Shown here: positions 54,612 to 64,000 of the stretch, in pieces
Position numbering within the stretch: position 1 is the first letter of the stretch
How the letters are laid out: every line of letters begins with the position of its first letter
Source of the DNA: Candidatus Woesearchaeota archaeon
GTDB lineage: Archaea; Nanobdellota; Nanobdellia; Woesearchaeales; SM23-78
NCBI GenBank assembly: GCA_016930415.1
Contig: JAFGGS010000003.1
Location: forward strand, 6,691 to 70,690
Direction: 5' to 3'
DNA length: 64,000 nt
Translations under genes and position numbers: made by a program
Notes under the pieces: model-generated
Told to the model about the DNA's origin: nothing
What the model saw: the letters and a program-made list of their open reading frames with translations, nothing else
Databases searched by the model: none

Positions 54612-55631
54612 ATGGAAAAAGAGACTATGTATTGCAGGAAGCTAAAAGAGGGAGCTGTCCAGTGCTTGCTCTGCCCTCACGAGTGCATAGTCCAGCCTGA
54701 TGCTAGGGGCGCGTGCGGTGTCCGGGCTAACAGGGCTGGCACGCTCTTCTCGCTCGTCTTTGGCCGTCCTTGCGCGATAAACGTCGATCCTATCGAGAAG
54801 AAGCCTCTTTTTCATTTCTTGCCTGGCGAGTCTACTTTGAGCATCGCGACTGTCGGCTGCAACTTCTCGTGCAGTTTTTGCCAGAACTGGCAGATCAGCA
54901 AGGAGTTCGGGCCCTTTGATAACATCTTCGAGGAGTATCCTGAGGTGAGCCCTGAAAGAGTCGTGTCTTTATGCAGGCAGAACGCGTCTAAGATCATCAG
55001 CTACACCTACACCGAACCGACCATCTTCTATGAGTACATGATCGAGACTGCGAGACTTGCCAGGGAGGCTGGCTTGAAGAACGTGATCGTGTCTAATGGC
55101 TTCATAAACGAGGCTCCCTTGCGCGAGCTTTGCAAGGTGTTAGACGCGGCCAACATCGACTTGAAGGCGTTTGATGACAAGTTCTACAGGAAGAACTGCA
55201 AGGGAAGGCTCGCGCCCGTGCTTAAGGCCTTGAAGATATTGAAGGAGGAAGGTGTGTGGCTTGAAGTGACAAATCTCATAGTCCCGGGGGAGAACGATGG
55301 CTTAGAAGAGATCGAGAAGATGTGCGAGTGGATATCAAAAGAGCTCGGGCGGGGCGTGCCGCTCCACTTCTCAAGGGCTCACCCGGATTACAAGATGGAA
55401 GGATTCGAACCGACACCCCTAAAGACCCTGGAAGAGGCCAAGAAGATAGCAGAGAAACACCTTGACTTCGTCTATCTGGGGAACGTCCACAGCGATTCAG
55501 GCGCATCCACTAAGTGCCCTGAGTGCAGGAGAATCCTTGTCGAGCGGAGCATGATGAGCGTCAAGAAGAACATGATCAGGGATGGCAAGTGCCCAGAGTG
55601 CGGTGAGACAATCTCTGGAGTCTGGAAGTGA
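54612..55631 (+). CDS. amrS: AmmeMemoRadiSam system radical SAM enzyme
   Basis: CLLCPHEC, DPIEKKPLFHFLPG, GCNFSCSFCQNWQIS, YTYTEP, NIDLK, PLHFSR, C-terminal CPEC pairs. Confidence 0.92.
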   Translation: MEKETMYCRKLKEGAVQCLLCPHECIVQPDARGACGVRANRAGTLFSLVFGRPCAINVDPIEKKPLFHFLPGESTLSIATVGCNFSCSFCQNWQISKEFGPFDNIFEEYPEVSPERVVSLCRQNASKIISYTYTEPTIFYEYMIETARLAREAGLKNVIVSNGFINEAPLRELCKVLDAANIDLKAFDDKFYRKNCKGRLAPVLKALKILKEEGVWLEVTNLIVPGENDGLEEIEKMCEWISKELGRGVPLHFSRAHPDYKMEGFEPTPLKTLEEAKKIAEKHLDFVYLGNVHSDSGASTKCPECRRILVERSMMSVKKNMIRDGKCPECGETISGVWK

Positions 55632-55632
55632 C

Positions 55633-56571
55633 TCACTTGATCTTTGCGTAGGCTGTTCTTGCAACGAGGCGCAGGCTCTTCTCAGGCTCAGTCCATCTTC
55701 CGAGAATAAGACTTGCTGCGTTCCCAAGATATCGCTTCACATCCCTGCACTCATCCCTTCTAAGCCAGTATGGTCCGCTCTCACCGACAAGGCTTAGCGC
55801 GCGCACTCTCGCATCCATCTCTCGCTGGCCTGCTCTTGAGACTGAGAACAGGTAGTTTATAGTTGTCCCGGGGAGAGAGCCCAACCAAGCATCTATGGGC
55901 TTGGGAGAATCAGGTGAGGCCGGATCGAAGCAGAATAACCCTTCGAATACAGGCTCGCCAGGGCCGCCTTTCTCAATAAGATGCTCAGCCAAGGTTATCA
56001 CGCCCTTATCGACAGCAAGTGAACGCGAGGAGGCATTGCCAGGGGCGATCTCAACCTTGTTGTTCGTGTTCAAATCATGATAGGACTGTTCTAGGATTGT
56101 CTTGAAAATCCCCGACTTCACTCCAGAGTCCTGCAGGTCATCCAGCAGGAAATCTGCTACCCTTGCAAGTGGCAGGCCAATGACTGCATATGCGCAACTT
56201 GGAGAATATAGCAGTTCCATTAGTCTTCGCTCGGTATCTTGATCCATATGACTTCTTAGTTTCACTGCAGCATGGAACTTGATGTACTCGTTACGCTGAG
56301 GGGATTCGATTAGTTGCAAGAGGGCAGGCGTCGCTCTTGAGCCGTGAACTTGCAATACCATATCAAGGTCATAGCGGGAAAGGCAAGATTCTGATTGCAC
56401 AAAGTCCACTGGAGTTTTTTCCCGAACTCTCCGTTCCAGGTCCAGGGCTCTCTCCTTGGCCAGTCTCTCCTCTTCCAAGCGACGGGCTTCAGAGTCATCC
56501 TCCCGAGTACCGTCCCGGGTATCATCCCAGATCTCCTCAACGCTATATCCGCCATCTAAAAAACGTCCCAT
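55633..56571 (-). CDS. Hypothetical protein (possible HEAT-like helices)
   Basis: 312-aa ORF with SD GGGGGAG. Confidence 0.65.
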   Translation of the reverse strand: MGRFLDGGYSVEEIWDDTRDGTREDDSEARRLEEERLAKERALDLERRVREKTPVDFVQSESCLSRYDLDMVLQVHGSRATPALLQLIESPQRNEYIKFHAAVKLRSHMDQDTERRLMELLYSPSCAYAVIGLPLARVADFLLDDLQDSGVKSGIFKTILEQSYHDLNTNNKVEIAPGNASSRSLAVDKGVITLAEHLIEKGGPGEPVFEGLFCFDPASPDSPKPIDAWLGSLPGTTINYLFSVSRAGQREMDARVRALSLVGESGPYWLRRDECRDVKRYLGNAASLILGRWTEPEKSLRLVARTAYAKIK

Positions 56572-56853
56572 TTTCAGTCTCCCCCTGTGGCTTCAACCGA
56601 GTGTGGTATGGAAATATCTGTCTGTATCTGAGAATCGCGTGTTCTAAGGTCTTCCAAATCTTTGGTCGGTGAAGACATCAAAAAATAGGGAAAGCAGGCG
56701 TGATTTATAAAAGTTCTGGGGTGACAGTTACAGGAGGGTGAATTAACAGATAATCGGAATGGAAGATTTTAGAAATCATCGCGGAATCATCGTACGTTTT
56801 TCCGCTTTCCCTCGGGTAAGTTTTTTATTGCACCATCTTGCGCACCACAATCC

Positions 56854-58734
56854 ATGGATTCGAGGTTGTTCGCATTAGGGTTGTTCATGCTATTGTCAGG
56901 CGCGCCAGTCTCTGGCGCGGTCTTGATAAGCGAGATCATGTATAATCCCATGGGAAACGATAACAACCTCGAGTTCATCGAAGTTTTGGGGACGGACGAT
57001 CTCACCAGCTACGTCTTCGGGGATTCCTCCTCGAATGACTCCCTTGAAACCTTGAAGTTCGTCCCTGGAAACTTCTCTCTCATAGTCGAGGAGGGATTCG
57101 ATCATTCAGGCATCAATGCGAGCGTATTCTCTGCAGGCGCTACTATCGGCAATAACCTGAACAACGACGCAGACGAGGTCTTCTTATACCTGGGTAGCGT
57201 GGTGGCCGCGTCTGCAGGCTATGATGGCGGCCTGGCGAATGGCAACGGTTACTCTCTGGAGCTGGTCAATGGCGAGTGGCTTGAGTCCTGCGTGGTCGGC
57301 GGCAGCCCTGGCAGCGAGAACTGTGCAGAGGAGCCTCCTTTAGAAGAGGATGAAGGAGATTTAGAAGAGGATGAAGAAGGTGATGAGGCGGGTGAGGATG
57401 AGGAGCATCCTGACGTGAACGCGTCGTCTCCTGCCGTTAAGCTCGAAATCGTCCTTCCTGACGAGATATACTTGGGGTTGATCTATGATTCCTTGTTCAA
57501 GGTCACGAACCTGAACCACACGTCGGGTGTTGAGTCTTTCCTGAACGTGACTGTCTTCTACAACGTGACCAGGGATGGGGAGCTCGTGGTCGAGGGTGTG
57601 TTCTCGAAGATCATAAACGCGTATTCTGCTTCAAGGACTGGAGAGCTCTTCGTAGACTCTCTTGGCAGCTACACTCTCTGCGGATGGACCATGGACTTGA
57701 AGGCTGCTTGCAAGACTGTCAACGCGACAGACCCCTCGATGGTCCCTTGCTTTGTCGAGCTGGGCCTCGCGCTTGATAAGGAGCGCTATGAAGACGGGGA
57801 TCGAGTCCGTATTAAGAATTCTCTTGTAAGCTGGAGTGTGAACCATAGCGGTGCTGGTGATGACAGGGTCGTGCTGGGCGACGAGACTGAGGAGTTCCCG
57901 TTCCTCATAGAGTACTGGGTCGAGGACTTGTTCGGTGACGAAGCTAAGAAGAGGGTGAGCACGGCGAACACCGCTGAGAAGAGCTGGACTCCCAGGATCG
58001 ATGAGCGTGACAGGGTTTTTGTCGCGCATAACAGGCTCGTGTTTGTCGCGTGCAACAACTCGAACAGCAAAGTCTCTAACGAGGTCTTGTTCATCGTCAG
58101 GAATCCTGGCTGGAAGCCTGTCAAGGCGAGCCTTGTCAAGAACGTGACTGCCCAGAAGCACGGCCAGATAAGCTCTTTCTACACGAGGACCAGGAATTGG
58201 CGCGAGACCATAAGCCTTTATGCCAACGTCAAGGGGAGCGGGAGCATGACTGCCTTGCTCAGGAGCAAGGAGAAGGACATCGCGAGGGCTGTGAATGAAT
58301 CTGAGAAGTTCTCAGTGGAGGCGCCTGCCGAGCCTGGGAAAAACCTTTACCTGCTAGAGCTTTATGAGAAGGACAAGCTAGTCGACGCGAAGAGCCTTGT
58401 AGTGGAGCTTAAGGGCGGGCCTGCGCAGAACGAGAGTGGGGAGCCTGAAGAGGTTGTTCTTGAGAACAAGAGCTTCGGTGCGAGCGAGGAAGTGCTCTTT
58501 GCAAAGGGAGTGTTGGAGAGTAATGATAATAAGAGCCTGGCTTCTGCAGGAGAACCATTTGAGGAGGTAACAGGCGACGTCTTGTATGAGTCTTCAGGCG
58601 CAAAGCTCAGCGGCATGACTGGCTATTTCTCAGTTGCGGCCGTGATTCTGGTGATTTTAGGATTGTTCTTCATGAAGAAAAACAACACGACAGAAGACCA
58701 TTCTGTAGTGGTGAAGAAAAAGAAAGATTCATAA
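56854..58734 (+). CDS. Lamin-tail-domain surface glycoprotein with a C-terminal TM anchor
   Basis: Signal peptide; ISEIMYNP...EFIE...LNNDADEV...GYSLE...GSPGSEN; C-terminal TM + basic tail. Confidence 0.82.
   Translation: MDSRLFALGLFMLLSGAPVSGAVLISEIMYNPMGNDNNLEFIEVLGTDDLTSYVFGDSSSNDSLETLKFVPGNFSLIVEEGFDHSGINASVFSAGATIGNNLNNDADEVFLYLGSVVAASAGYDGGLANGNGYSLELVNGEWLESCVVGGSPGSENCAEEPPLEEDEGDLEEDEEGDEAGEDEEHPDVNASSPAVKLEIVLPDEIYLGLIYDSLFKVTNLNHTSGVESFLNVTVFYNVTRDGELVVEGVFSKIINAYSASRTGELFVDSLGSYTLCGWTMDLKAACKTVNATDPSMVPCFVELGLALDKERYEDGDRVRIKNSLVSWSVNHSGAGDDRVVLGDETEEFPFLIEYWVEDLFGDEAKKRVSTANTAEKSWTPRIDERDRVFVAHNRLVFVACNNSNSKVSNEVLFIVRNPGWKPVKASLVKNVTAQKHGQISSFYTRTRNWRETISLYANVKGSGSMTALLRSKEKDIARAVNESEKFSVEAPAEPGKNLYLLELYEKDKLVDAKSLVVELKGGPAQNESGEPEEVVLENKSFGASEEVLFAKGVLESNDNKSLASAGEPFEEVTGDVLYESSGAKLSGMTGYFSVAAVILVILGLFFMKKNNTTEDHSVVVKKKKDS
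57340..57381 (+). repeat. 21-nt tandem duplication in an acidic linker
   Basis: TTAGAAGAGGATGAAGGAGAT / TTAGAAGAGGATGAAGAAGGT (LEEDEGD/LEEDEEG). Confidence 0.6.
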
Positions 58735-58782
58735 TGTCTCTGTCGCTCCTTTTTGGCTTCAAAAAACCAAGAGGAAATAACT

Positions 58783-59136
58783 ATGGGAACTGATTACCAC
58801 AAGGTAAACGCGCAACCACCGAGAGAATATGTTGAAGCGGCTAAGTATTGCAAGCTGGAAGGCGTCAAGAGGCTCGTGACTGACGGCTACAAGGGCTTGG
58901 CCATGACTACTGACGAGAATGGCGAGACAGTCTTAGTATCACCTCATCCAGGACGAAGGAAAGTCGCGGTGTTGAGAGTGGGTGAAAGCGGAGTCCCTAC
59001 GCAGTTCACAGAACAGACTTGGAATAAGTTCTACGCCCAACGGAATAAGGGAGAGAAACCTGTCGACTCATCTTCATTATGCCTTGATCGGCTCGTGCAG
59101 ACTATGGAGAGATTGGAGAGGTCAAAGGGCAATTAG
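58783..59136 (+). CDS. Hypothetical protein
   Basis: SD GAGGA before ATG 58783. Confidence 0.65.
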   Translation: MGTDYHKVNAQPPREYVEAAKYCKLEGVKRLVTDGYKGLAMTTDENGETVLVSPHPGRRKVAVLRVGESGVPTQFTEQTWNKFYAQRNKGEKPVDSSSLCLDRLVQTMERLERSKGN

Positions 59137-59230
59137 GAAGGTTCCTTGGCAAACTAGTTCACAAAATTCTTTTCGATCTCTTGTTCTCGGGCGATAAATT
59201 TAAATAATGTCCACCCTTCTCGCTTGACTC

Positions 59231-59824
59231 ATGGACGAGAGAGAAATAGATGCGAAACTCAAGAAGGGCGGAGTATTGGCCCAGGTGTCTTTCGAGGTCA
59301 TAGGCAGCCCTAAGGAGCACGTCGACAAGGCCATAAGGGATTACCTGACCAACATCAAGAAGGACTTCCAGATCCACGTGCTTGGTGAGGAGTTCGGAGA
59401 GGCTGAGGAGGTCGAGGGCGGCTTGTTCAGTACTTTCGTGGACGCTGAGATCCTTGTGGAGAGCCTTGACAAGTTCAATTGGCTCTGCGTCAACTTCATG
59501 CCTTCCAACATCGACATCATCGCTCCTGAGGAGCTCAAGTTCAAGGATAAGGACTTGACTAACTGGTTCAACGACCTCCTGGCTAAGCTTCACGAGGTAT
59601 CGACTGGCTACAGGCAGCTCTCCACCAAGGAGGACGTCTATGTCAAGAGCATGAACGCAATGATCCATAACGCAGTGCTTCTCGCAGCCGAGCATTACCA
59701 TGACCCGACTGAGATCAGCGCTAAGCTAGGCATTGATTCTGAGAACCTCAAGCACTTCCTGGAGACTAACGTCAAGAAGGACAAGCTTGAGGAGCGGGAC
59801 GGCAAGTTTTACCGCAAGAAATAA
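59231..59824 (+). CDS. Hypothetical protein, co-transcribed with scpB
   Basis: Leaderless after TATA (~59197-59205); FEVIGSPKEHV, FSTFVDAE, FMPSNIDII; C-terminal HTH-like segment. Confidence 0.8.
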   Translation: MDEREIDAKLKKGGVLAQVSFEVIGSPKEHVDKAIRDYLTNIKKDFQIHVLGEEFGEAEEVEGGLFSTFVDAEILVESLDKFNWLCVNFMPSNIDIIAPEELKFKDKDLTNWFNDLLAKLHEVSTGYRQLSTKEDVYVKSMNAMIHNAVLLAAEHYHDPTEISAKLGIDSENLKHFLETNVKKDKLEERDGKFYRKK

Positions 59825-59854
59825 AAACTCCTTGAGTCTAGGGTGGGTTTGAGA

Positions 59855-60832
59855 ATGGTTGATGTCAAGAAAGAAGTCGAATCCTTATTGTTCTCCTCCG
59901 GCAGGGTGATGACTGAGGATGACCTGGCGGATCTTACTGGTTCTTCTAAGAAAGACGTCAGGAAGGCCTTGGAGTCGTTGAAGAAGGAGTATGATGAGCG
60001 GGATACTAGTCTCGCCTTGATGGAGTCTGGCGAGGGCTGGAAGCTAAACGTCAGGGAACAGTACGTAAACCTAGTAACTAAGATCGTGGCTGACACAGAG
60101 CTTCCTTTCCCCATCCTTGAGACGTTGTCCATCGTCGCTTACAAGGCGCCTGTGACGCAAGCAGAGGTGGTGAGAGCGAGGGGCACTAATGCTTACGAGC
60201 ACATCCAGGCCTTGATCGACGCTGGTTTTATCGAGCGCAAGAAGAAGGGCCGAAGCTTCCAGGTCGGATTGACTCAGAAGTTCTTCGAGTATTTTGACGT
60301 TCCTGGCGAGAAGAGCTTGAAGCAGCTCTTGAAGGATGTCAAGCCAGGCGAACCAGCGCCTTCCAGGAGGAAGAAGCTTGGCAAGCTTGACGTGGTCGAA
60401 TTGCCTGAAGGGTCAAAGGACGAGCAGAAGAGCCTCGTGAAAGGAAAAGAGGGCAGTCCTCACCTTGGAGAGTTCGAGGTCGTGGACGTGGCTCCTGAGA
60501 AGCCCAAAGAGGCTCTTGGCAGGGATGGTCTTGCGCCTGATGATGATTTCCTGAAGGACATCGACGCGAAGATCGGCCAGCTCTCGCAGAGGAATGACGA
60601 GCTTGACCAGGATGAGAGTTTCAAGAGGCCGGATCTTGATGCAGAGGCAGGGGTTGAGGCTGAAGGCTCAGATGATGCGTCTCAGGAACTTGTTGCAGCA
60701 GATGACAAGGCTGCGCCTGTAAAATCACGTTCCAAAGACATCTTCGGCGACGGAGATGACGGTGATGAGGAAGAGGAGAAGGACAAGCCTAAGGATCCTC
60801 TTGCAGAGGATGAGGATAAGCTCGAGATATAA
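59855..60832 (+). CDS. scpB: SMC-Scp complex subunit ScpB with a long acidic tail
   Basis: VESLLFSS, LETLSIVAYKAPVTQAE...RG, T.KFFEYF. Confidence 0.9.
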   Translation: MVDVKKEVESLLFSSGRVMTEDDLADLTGSSKKDVRKALESLKKEYDERDTSLALMESGEGWKLNVREQYVNLVTKIVADTELPFPILETLSIVAYKAPVTQAEVVRARGTNAYEHIQALIDAGFIERKKKGRSFQVGLTQKFFEYFDVPGEKSLKQLLKDVKPGEPAPSRRKKLGKLDVVELPEGSKDEQKSLVKGKEGSPHLGEFEVVDVAPEKPKEALGRDGLAPDDDFLKDIDAKIGQLSQRNDELDQDESFKRPDLDAEAGVEAEGSDDASQELVAADDKAAPVKSRSKDIFGDGDDGDEEEEKDKPKDPLAEDEDKLEI

Positions 60833-60878
60833 GGTTTAGATGATTAGGATTCTAGAGTGCTCAGGAGATGCTTATCGT

Positions 60879-61139
60879 CTAATTCCAGCCGTAGCCGCAG
60901 CCTTCCTTTGTTATGTGCTCCCGGTCTGTTCTCGGGTATTTTCGGCAGTTTAGAGGGCGAACCTTATGGATGGCACATGATGCCAGTCCTTGCTCGTCGT
61001 ATCTTAGGAACGCGCATTTGGTCGGCAGCTTGCAGCACTCGCCGCACCGCCTGCATTCACCGACTCTGCTATCGCTCACAGGCAACGGAGACGTCATTGT
61101 CCTTATCACCTTCGCAATCCAGTCGTTCCTCATGATCAT
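60879..61139 (-). CDS. Small CxxCxxCC (YkgJ-like) metal/Fe-S protein
   Basis: CRRCGECC...CAFL...CAIHKVRPLNCRKYP. Confidence 0.82.
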   Translation of the reverse strand: MIMRNDWIAKVIRTMTSPLPVSDSRVGECRRCGECCKLPTKCAFLRYDEQGLASCAIHKVRPLNCRKYPRTDREHITKEGCGYGWN

Positions 61140-61202
61140 TGGTAGAATCAGGTTTTATTTATAATTCTTTATGACCTCTCGCTGGTTAAGAAAAAGAACA
61201 AG

Positions 61203-61229
61203 CCACTGGACAAGGATTCCCACTGGACA
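61203..61229. repeat. 10-bp direct repeat in a divergent promoter region
   Basis: CCACTGGACA at 61203-61212 and 61220-61229. Confidence 0.5.
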
Positions 61230-61273
61230 CGTCCCCGCAGGGCTTTTAAACCTGTTGCTCCTTGTTTTCTTGC

Positions 61274-61423
61274 ATGCTCCTAGTGATGTGTCCTAAGTGC
61301 GGTGGCCGGCAGAAGACGAATCCGAAGCAGGTTTCGGGCAGCGTGAAGCGTTGCGTGTTTTGCGGCAAGTCTTTCGTCATCCATAGCCTGCAGAAGGATC
61401 GGATTGTCTCTGTCGTCGCTTGA
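61274..61423 (+). CDS. 49-aa zinc-ribbon microprotein
   Basis: Below the ORF-track cutoff: MLLVMCPKCGGRQKTNPKQVSGSVKRCVFCGKSFVIHSLQKDRIVSVVA; TATA at 61243-61250. Confidence 0.75.
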   Translation: MLLVMCPKCGGRQKTNPKQVSGSVKRCVFCGKSFVIHSLQKDRIVSVVA

Positions 61424-61508
61424 AGGGTAAAAGCGTGATTCCCTCACTTCCTCGACGCGTTTCTTTCAGCAGGGTTTTTAAATCCGCAGGCATTTCCTTC
61501 CTCGTAAG

Positions 61509-62048
61509 ATGGTTGATGAGATTATGCGTCAGGTGCAGGAGCTTGCTCGTAGTTCCATGATCAATCCTGGCCTTCGTGATCATGGCTGGCCTCACATCAT
61601 CAGAGTTTTTAGGTATAGTGGCCGGATCGGCCTGGCTGAGTTCGGGGATGATATTTTGCTGCAGAGGGATTGCCATGTCGCCGCGCTGTTTCATGACGTG
61701 AGCAGAGAATATGATGAGTATGATGATGAGCATGGAGAGCGGAGCGCCAGGATCTTTGAATCGTTGCAGACCCGCCTTCCTGTGAGGGATGCTCCTTCCA
61801 TTGCTTTCGCAATAAGGCATCATTGCGAGCGAGAGGCTCCTAACGGCGGCTTTCCAGTGGTTGAAAATTTCGCTGCCATTGATTCTATTGACAAGCGCAT
61901 CGCTGCTTGCCTGTGGGATGCTGACAGGTTGGATCTCCTGCGCGTGCATTCTCGCGTGGATCCTGCTTACTTGAGTCTCGGGTTCTCCAGGGCTTTTGCT
62001 AATTCGCAGGAGCATCGAGCATCGTATTCGGGCTTGAGGAGTTATTAA
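61509..62048 (+). CDS. HD-domain phosphohydrolase
   Basis: HGWPHIIRV, ALFHD, HG, CLWDADRLDL.R. Confidence 0.85.
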   Translation: MVDEIMRQVQELARSSMINPGLRDHGWPHIIRVFRYSGRIGLAEFGDDILLQRDCHVAALFHDVSREYDEYDDEHGERSARIFESLQTRLPVRDAPSIAFAIRHHCEREAPNGGFPVVENFAAIDSIDKRIAACLWDADRLDLLRVHSRVDPAYLSLGFSRAFANSQEHRASYSGLRSY

Positions 62049-62164
62049 CAGGTCTTGTTTCTCTGCTGGCGAAGCGGCCTTTCAAAAACCACATTTCTTT
62101 TCACTATTGAAAACAAATGCTCTTAATAACAACACTTATAAACCCACAAATCTTCCGTTTTATC

Positions 62165-62224
62165 GTCGGAAAAACGAAGTTTTTTCTGCACTAGAAATCT
62201 CTGATTTCTCGTGTCGGAAAAACG
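62165..62224 (+). repeat. 12-bp direct repeat in the gyrA leader
   Basis: GTCGGAAAAACG at 62165-62176 and 62213-62224, downstream of a TATA at ~62135-62142. Confidence 0.5.
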
Positions 62225-62255
62225 CATAAAATCATGTTCATGGAAAGGTGCATAA

Positions 62256-64000
62256 TTGAGCCCTGAAAAACATTCTGGAAAACAAGAGGAAAACGCATCG
62301 CCCGCCAGCCAAGGCAGGGTTGTAAGCGCAGTCATAGACGACGAGATGCGCGCATCATACCTGGACTACGCGATGAGCGTCATAATAGGCCGCGCCCTGC
62401 CAGACGTAAGAGACGGCCTCAAGCCAGTCCACAGAAGGATACTCTACGCAATGAACGATATGGGCATAAAACACAACACCCCCTTCAAGAAGTGCGCGAG
62501 GATCGTCGGAGAAGTGCTAGGAAAATACCACCCCCACGGCGACACAGCAGTATACGACTCGCTCGTTCGCATGGCTCAAGACTTCTCGCTAAGATACCCC
62601 CTCATAAAAGGACAAGGAAACTTCGGCAGCGTCGACGGAGACAACGCAGCAGCCATGAGGTACACTGAAGCAAAGCTCGCTAGGATATCAGACGAGATGC
62701 TCACTGACATCGAGAAGGAGACTGTGCCATTCGTAGAGAACTTCGACGGAAGCCTGAAAGAGCCCATAGTCCTGCCAAGCAAGCTGCCGAACCTGCTCAT
62801 CAACGGAAGCAGCGGAATCGCGGTCGGAATGGCGACGAACATACCACCCCACAACGTGAAGGAAGTATGCAAAGCAGTAGTCAAGATAATCGATAACCCG
62901 GAAGTAGACATAAAAGACCTGCTCGAAGTCGTGCGAGGACCAGACTTTCCCACGGGCGGCATAATCTGCGGCAGGAATGGCATAACAGAGGCTTATCTCT
63001 ACGGCCGCGGAAGCATAGATGTCAAAGGAAAGATTGAAGTCGAGGACAGGAAGGATCGGCAAAACCTCATAATCACAGAGATACCATACCAGGTCAACAA
63101 GTCCCAGCTGATAGAGCAGATGGCTGAGGGCGTGAACAACAAAGTCATCGAGGGCGTGAGCGACATAAGGGATGAGAGCGACAGGAACGGCATGCGCATC
63201 GTCTTGGAGCTCAAGAGAGGCGCTAACAACGAGGTCGTGAAGAACCAGCTCTTGAAGCACACCAGGCTCCAGACCAGCTTTGGCGCCATTATGATCGCGC
63301 TCGTCGACAACCAGCCCAAGACCATGAACCTGAAGACCATCCTGGTCCACTTCTTGAACCACAGACGCATAGTCGTGCGCAAGAAGACAGAGTACGACCT
63401 GAGGAAAGCTGAGGAGAAAGCGCACCTTCTCGAGGGCTTGCTGATAGCACTCGCGCACCTCGACCCTGTGATTGCGCTCATCAAGTCATCAAAAGATCCT
63501 GTGCTCGCAAAGAAAGGATTGATGGACCGCTACAAGCTAACAGAGGTCCAGAGCCAGGCCATCCTTGACATGAGGCTCCAGCGCCTGACAGGACTTGAGC
63601 AGCAGAAGATAAGGGATGAGCACAAGAGCCTAGTAGAACTCATAAGGAAGCTGAAGAGCATCTTATCAGACGAGAAGGAGATCCTGAGCATAATCAAAGG
63701 CGAGATGCACGACCTCTCAGAGAAGTACGGCGACGAGCGCAGGACAGAGATCGATGAGAGCGCAGGAGACGCGCTTGACTTCGAAGACCTGATAAAGCCA
63801 GAGGACTGCGTGATCACAGTAAGCCAGGAAGGCTATGTCAAGCGCCAATCGCTCGACGTGTACAAGACCCAGAAGAGGGGCGGGCGGGGAGTCATAGGCG
63901 CGACCACCAAGGAAGAGGACGTGATAGAGCACTTGTTCGTCGCTAACACTCATGATTACGTGCTCGTATTCACTGACAAGGGCAGGGTCCACTGGCTTAA
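62256..64000 (+). CDS. gyrA: DNA gyrase subunit A (partial, runs off window)
   Basis: TTG start with SD AAGGTG; SYLDYAMSVI, RDGLKPVHRR, GKYHPHGD, AAMRYTE (catalytic Tyr), GyrA-box QKRGGRG. Confidence 0.96.
   Translation, partial: MSPEKHSGKQEENASPASQGRVVSAVIDDEMRASYLDYAMSVIIGRALPDVRDGLKPVHRRILYAMNDMGIKHNTPFKKCARIVGEVLGKYHPHGDTAVYDSLVRMAQDFSLRYPLIKGQGNFGSVDGDNAAAMRYTEAKLARISDEMLTDIEKETVPFVENFDGSLKEPIVLPSKLPNLLINGSSGIAVGMATNIPPHNVKEVCKAVVKIIDNPEVDIKDLLEVVRGPDFPTGGIICGRNGITEAYLYGRGSIDVKGKIEVEDRKDRQNLIITEIPYQVNKSQLIEQMAEGVNNKVIEGVSDIRDESDRNGMRIVLELKRGANNEVVKNQLLKHTRLQTSFGAIMIALVDNQPKTMNLKTILVHFLNHRRIVVRKKTEYDLRKAEEKAHLLEGLLIALAHLDPVIALIKSSKDPVLAKKGLMDRYKLTEVQSQAILDMRLQRLTGLEQQKIRDEHKSLVELIRKLKSILSDEKEILSIIKGEMHDLSEKYGDERRTEIDESAGDALDFEDLIKPEDCVITVSQEGYVKRQSLDVYKTQKRGGRGVIGATTKEEDVIEHLFVANTHDYVLVFTDKGRVHWL

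Noticed and set aside
1-64000. CRISPR arrays, IS elements, integrases, inteins or a recoded stop codon
   Set aside because: No regularly spaced repeats or transposase/integrase motifs seen; NrdJ and GyrA show no intein-sized insertions; conserved genes end normally at TAA, TAG and TGA.

Overview
Archaeal chromosomal DNA, most likely DPANN (Woesearchaeota-like). The inference rests on PCNA, archaeal RNase J, TATA/BRE promoters, GAGGTGA-type Shine-Dalgarno sites, many apparently leaderless genes, an unlinked 5S rRNA and bacterial-type gyrA/nrdR. The window holds about 60 CDSs, a 5S rRNA and tRNA-Leu(CAA). Functions covered are surface glycan synthesis, secreted LamG/FG-GAP/lamin-tail proteins, nucleotide metabolism (nrdR-nrdJ-cobO, pyrB, guaB, purA), a copper-resistance operon, ilvB, asd, glmS, scpB and gyrA. 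I saw no CRISPR array, transposase or integrase. The strongest novelty candidate is a 23-codon, apparently leaderless uORF (8599-8670) with 11 consecutive Val/Ile/Leu codons. It is followed by mutually exclusive RNA pairings directly upstream of acetolactate synthase, so it looks like a branched-chain amino acid leader-peptide attenuator built on an archaeal TATA promoter. Also notable are a ~150-nt multi-hairpin RNA between the B12-dependent RNR and the cobalamin adenosyltransferase, tandem NrdR boxes over an archaeal promoter, and eukaryote/kinetoplastid-like guaB-purA. All calls come from reading the sequence by eye; no searches or folding programs were run.
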